Origin: the human T2T-CHM13v2.0 reference genome, Homo sapiens | DNA: 64,000 bases | Strand: one strand, 5' to 3' | Assembly: GCF_009914755.1 (NCBI RefSeq) | Contig: NC_060934.1 | Shown: piece after piece, positions 60,225 through 64,000 of the stretch | Layout: each line of letters begins with the position of its first letter | Position numbering within the stretch: position 1 is the first letter of the stretch | Notes under the pieces: generated by a model | Seen by the model: only the letters and a program-made list of their open reading frames with translations | Database searches by the model: none | What the model was told of the DNA's origin: nothing | Position numbers and translations under genes: made by a program

Positions 60225-62089
60225 TAATTTCAACAAGCATCCACTGAGCACTTACCATTAAGCTAGGCATAATACTAGGAGTGATCAAAGTGATGCATAT
60301 CAGAGAATCTGATATTGTCATTCCATCTGGTAGAGCGTTTGTCTCAAAATAGGTGTTCACTAAGCATTCACTGAATTAATTATTCAATAAATAATAAATG
60401 CAACATTGAAAAATGTTCTGTCATAGGGCTACAATAATTGCCACAGAGGTGAAGGGACTGACAGTATTTTATATTGTACTGGGCTATCTGAATTCCAAAA
60501 AGCTGCCCTGGGTACATTTTGGCTATTTCTTGGAGAGAGAAAGACCTCATGTACTGATTTGCTTCCACTGTTCATCAATTCCTTAGCTAAATACTACAAC
60601 ACCTAGAACAATGCCAAATACCAAAGGAACACTCAATTATATGCTTTTTAATGAGGGTGATGACAATAAAAATTACAAGTCTGGAAAATGAATAGCAATA
60701 CTATGATCCCATTTTAACAAGCTGGATGGTCCTTCAAATTTGCAACATTTGGGAATTTGAGCTTTTTTTTTTCTTTTGCTCTCCTCTTTTTTTGCTAAAG
60801 AGTGTTTCCTAAAAGAATCAGAGGGCTGTTACCATGGAGTATGGCAGTTATAATTCTTTATTGATAATTGATTATTTCTGAAAAATAATAGATTTTTTTC
60901 TGGGTGTTAGTAAAGTGACCCTAAAGATGAAAACCTGTGAATTTGTGGCAAGGGGGCATAGATTGGTCAATTTATCAGATTACAGGATTTTACAAGGTGA
61001 GAAATATTATGATATTAACCAATCAATAAATGCTTGTTTTAAATATCACACAATGAATTTAGTTTTGTCATATCTTTTCTTCCCTGTACTATAAACATAG
61101 AACAATAACAGATATAATCAGCATGAGATAGTCAATAGGACATCTAGCCACGTGAACAAGGTAAACATCTCTGTAGACGCAGAGCACAGAAACCTTAAAT
61201 CTATAAGAGATGCAGGAAGTCGCAGCCAGGAACATGGCTCCTACCAGGGAACAAGATCTAAAAGTGTTTGATAGACACTGGCCTAATATGATGTAGGCCT
61301 ATGCCTAAAGTCAGGGGTTGGACAGGTCCTTAAAAATATTCAAGAAAGGCTGGAATAACTGAAACTGCATGAGTTCGCAACTTCATGAGGAACTCTGGGC
61401 CTATATAAGCCAGGAAACAAAGACAAATTCTGATGACAAGAAACTGGGAAAAAGTAGCTTGTACTCACGAATAGGTGTATAGATATCCCCATATCTTCGC
61501 AGAACAGGCTCCAAAACCTAGTTTTTGACTGGGGGCTACAGACAATCAATTAGATGAAATATCCAAATTTTTAGATAGGAAAGGGGAATAATGAGAGAAA
61601 GAAAAAGTCAAGCAGAATTCAAAACATAAATTTCTTTATTTTAAGAAAAATAAGCCTTTCTAAACAACCATTTCAAATATATAGGAAAAATATATATTTT
61701 ATGTATTTGAAAATTAATGTACTAAGAGAATGTAAATGCAGTATATAGCTTCTCAGATAACAGAGGCAAAAGCTTGGAGTATAAAAATAATTTTATTAAT
61801 TCAACAGAATATAAGAGAGAAGAAAATAAAGAAGCAAAGAAAAACAGGTAGTAATCTAAAGATAGAATAAGAAGTTAGAAATGAATCTAGATAAAACAAT
61901 AAAAGTAAAATATAAATGCTTTCAAAGTCATACCCAGCAGAAAATAAAATTCAAATATTAAATAGAAAAAGTTAGTAAAACATTAAACCAAGGATACCTG
62001 TGGCCGAAATATTAATATCAAGACAAATAGATAATAACTCAAAACACATTATTAGGGCTAAATTAGAAAGTAAATTATATAATAATGAA

Positions 62090-62370
62090 AGCAGTTACTT
62101 TCAAGAATATATGAACTTTTATGAACTCGACAACATAAAGAGAAATTTTAAAGCACAACTGATAGATATACAATGTAAAACTGTCAAATTTACCACCATT
62201 TTGGATATTTTTAAATACCTATCAAACAGAAACAAATTAATCCAGCACAAAAAATTCTTAAGGATACAGAAAATTTGAATGAGAGGATTAGTGACCTTTA
62301 TATAACAAAAATATATAGAACCCTGCGTGCAACCTACAGAGAAAATACTTTATTTTCAACAGTACATTCT
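62090..62370 (+). mobile_element. Ancient L1 ORF2 endonuclease-region fragment
   Basis: KAQLIDIQCKTVKFTTILDIF resembles L1 ORF2 KQKL.ELQGEIDKSTIIVGDF; followed by ATATATAGAACCCTGC. Confidence 0.6.
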
Positions 62371-62641
62371 CTACAATTTTTATTACATCTGTTATATATT
62401 ATTTATTTCATAATCACATAAGCTATAATTACAGAATAGTGCTAAAAGTGATTTTTTTTAGTTGGTGTTCTCTTGTTCTTAAATTCAGTGTGAATGCTTT
62501 TATGTATAACTTTGCCTTTAGGTTTTATATAATCATCTTAATAGTGTGACTGTTTTTCTTTCATTAGATTTTTTTCTTTGAGAAATGAAAATTAATATAT
62601 TGGTATGATATGTTTTTCTCTTGTGACCTATTAGTTATTTC

Positions 62642-62998
62642 TGCAATGGATTGAATATTTGTATCCTTTCAAAAGTCATGTGTTAAAATCCTAACACCCA
62701 GTGTGACGGGATTAGGAAGTGGGGTGTTTGGAAGGTGATGATTAGGTCATCATTAATGGGATTAGTGTTTTTTAAAAGAGACATCACAGATCTCTCTTGA
62801 TCTCTTTCCATCATGGGAAGATACAATGAGAAGTTAGTTGCCAGTCTAAAACTCCAAAGAGGGTCTTCACCAAAACTCAATCATACTGGCACCCTGATCT
62901 CAAACCTCTAGCCTCCACAACTTTGAGAAAGACATTTCTATTTTCTAAGCCTCCCAGTCTATGGTACTTTGATATAGCAGCCTGGACTGACTAGGGCA
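62642..62998 (+). mobile_element. MLT1A-type MaLR solo LTR
   Basis: TGCAATGGATTGAATATTTGTATCC...CCCAGTCTATGGTACTTTGATATAGCAGCC...GACTAGGGCA. Confidence 0.88.
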
Positions 62999-63081
62999 TT
63001 ATCTTATAGTGTTTCTCAACATTGATCTATTCTTACACTTCTCACATGAAGCCCATGTTATTGTGGACTTTTCTCTTTAAA

Positions 63082-63427
<346 letters not shown>

Positions 63428-64000
63428 TGATACAAATTTCTTAATTCAACATATATTGATTGCATTCTCTCCTTTGACTGAGAGAGCTAAACCTGAGCTT
63501 TGGGCATGTAGGAGAAAGTAACCCTTACGATGTTAGGATATCACATTTAGGAGCATCTCCCTACTCAATGCCAAAATGAGAGGGATGCAAATCGGAAGCT
63601 ATTGGTACCTCACTAAAATCTCTCTGTCACCTGGCAATACTGTTTTCTGGTGAGCAGATACATTCTTCAGTTTTATCTGGACCAAACACAGCCCAGTCTC
63701 CTCCAAACACTTTGTAATGGTGAAGATGCGAGAAAGCATAGTAATACTATCCATTAAGTGTTCAATTCTCCAATTACTTAGTCAGATTGCTGATTACTGG
63801 GCTCTCCAAAATTCTTGTTTCTGCCCCTGAAACTCTTCCTTAAAAAAAGTGGATTGCAGGTTTCTCTTCTTGCCTCTCTGGTCTATAATCTTTTCTTACT
63901 TGATCCATCCCTTAATTTGGTCTCATTCACTTTAAATGTACAGAAAAGAATAAAATACTTTATCTGTTAGTCTTTCTTATTTCCATTATCTGTGCCAACA

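Overview
This is primate (very likely human) nuclear DNA: AT-rich, CpG-depleted and dominated by repeats, so probably intergenic or deep intronic. I found no convincing multi-exon protein-coding gene. The only cellular-gene-derived coding sequence is a processed ELOC (Elongin C/TCEB1) retrocopy at about 17.2-17.9 kb, which keeps an uninterrupted 115-codon ORF. The rest is transposon relics: a dense nested ERV1 solo-LTR cluster at 2.2-10.1 kb (MER4, MER41A, LTR12/ERV9, LTR10, MER31, MER67-like), old L1M/L1MC/L1MA and younger L1PB/L1PA fragments, about 10 Alus, MLT1/MER51/MER34-type LTRs, an ERVL/MaLR gag remnant, MER33, L2/MIR relics and microsatellites. Subfamily names come from recalled consensus sequences and need RepeatMasker/Dfam confirmation. 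The less ordinary signals are structural: an inverted duplication of about 200 bp (34.3-35.2 kb), a 1 kb TA-rich tract with inverted termini, an 82-bp perfect palindrome, a CpG-retaining 22-bp palindrome, a short L1 3' transduction and several template-switch-like scars. I see no evidence for a genuinely new biological system; the findings are candidates to check.
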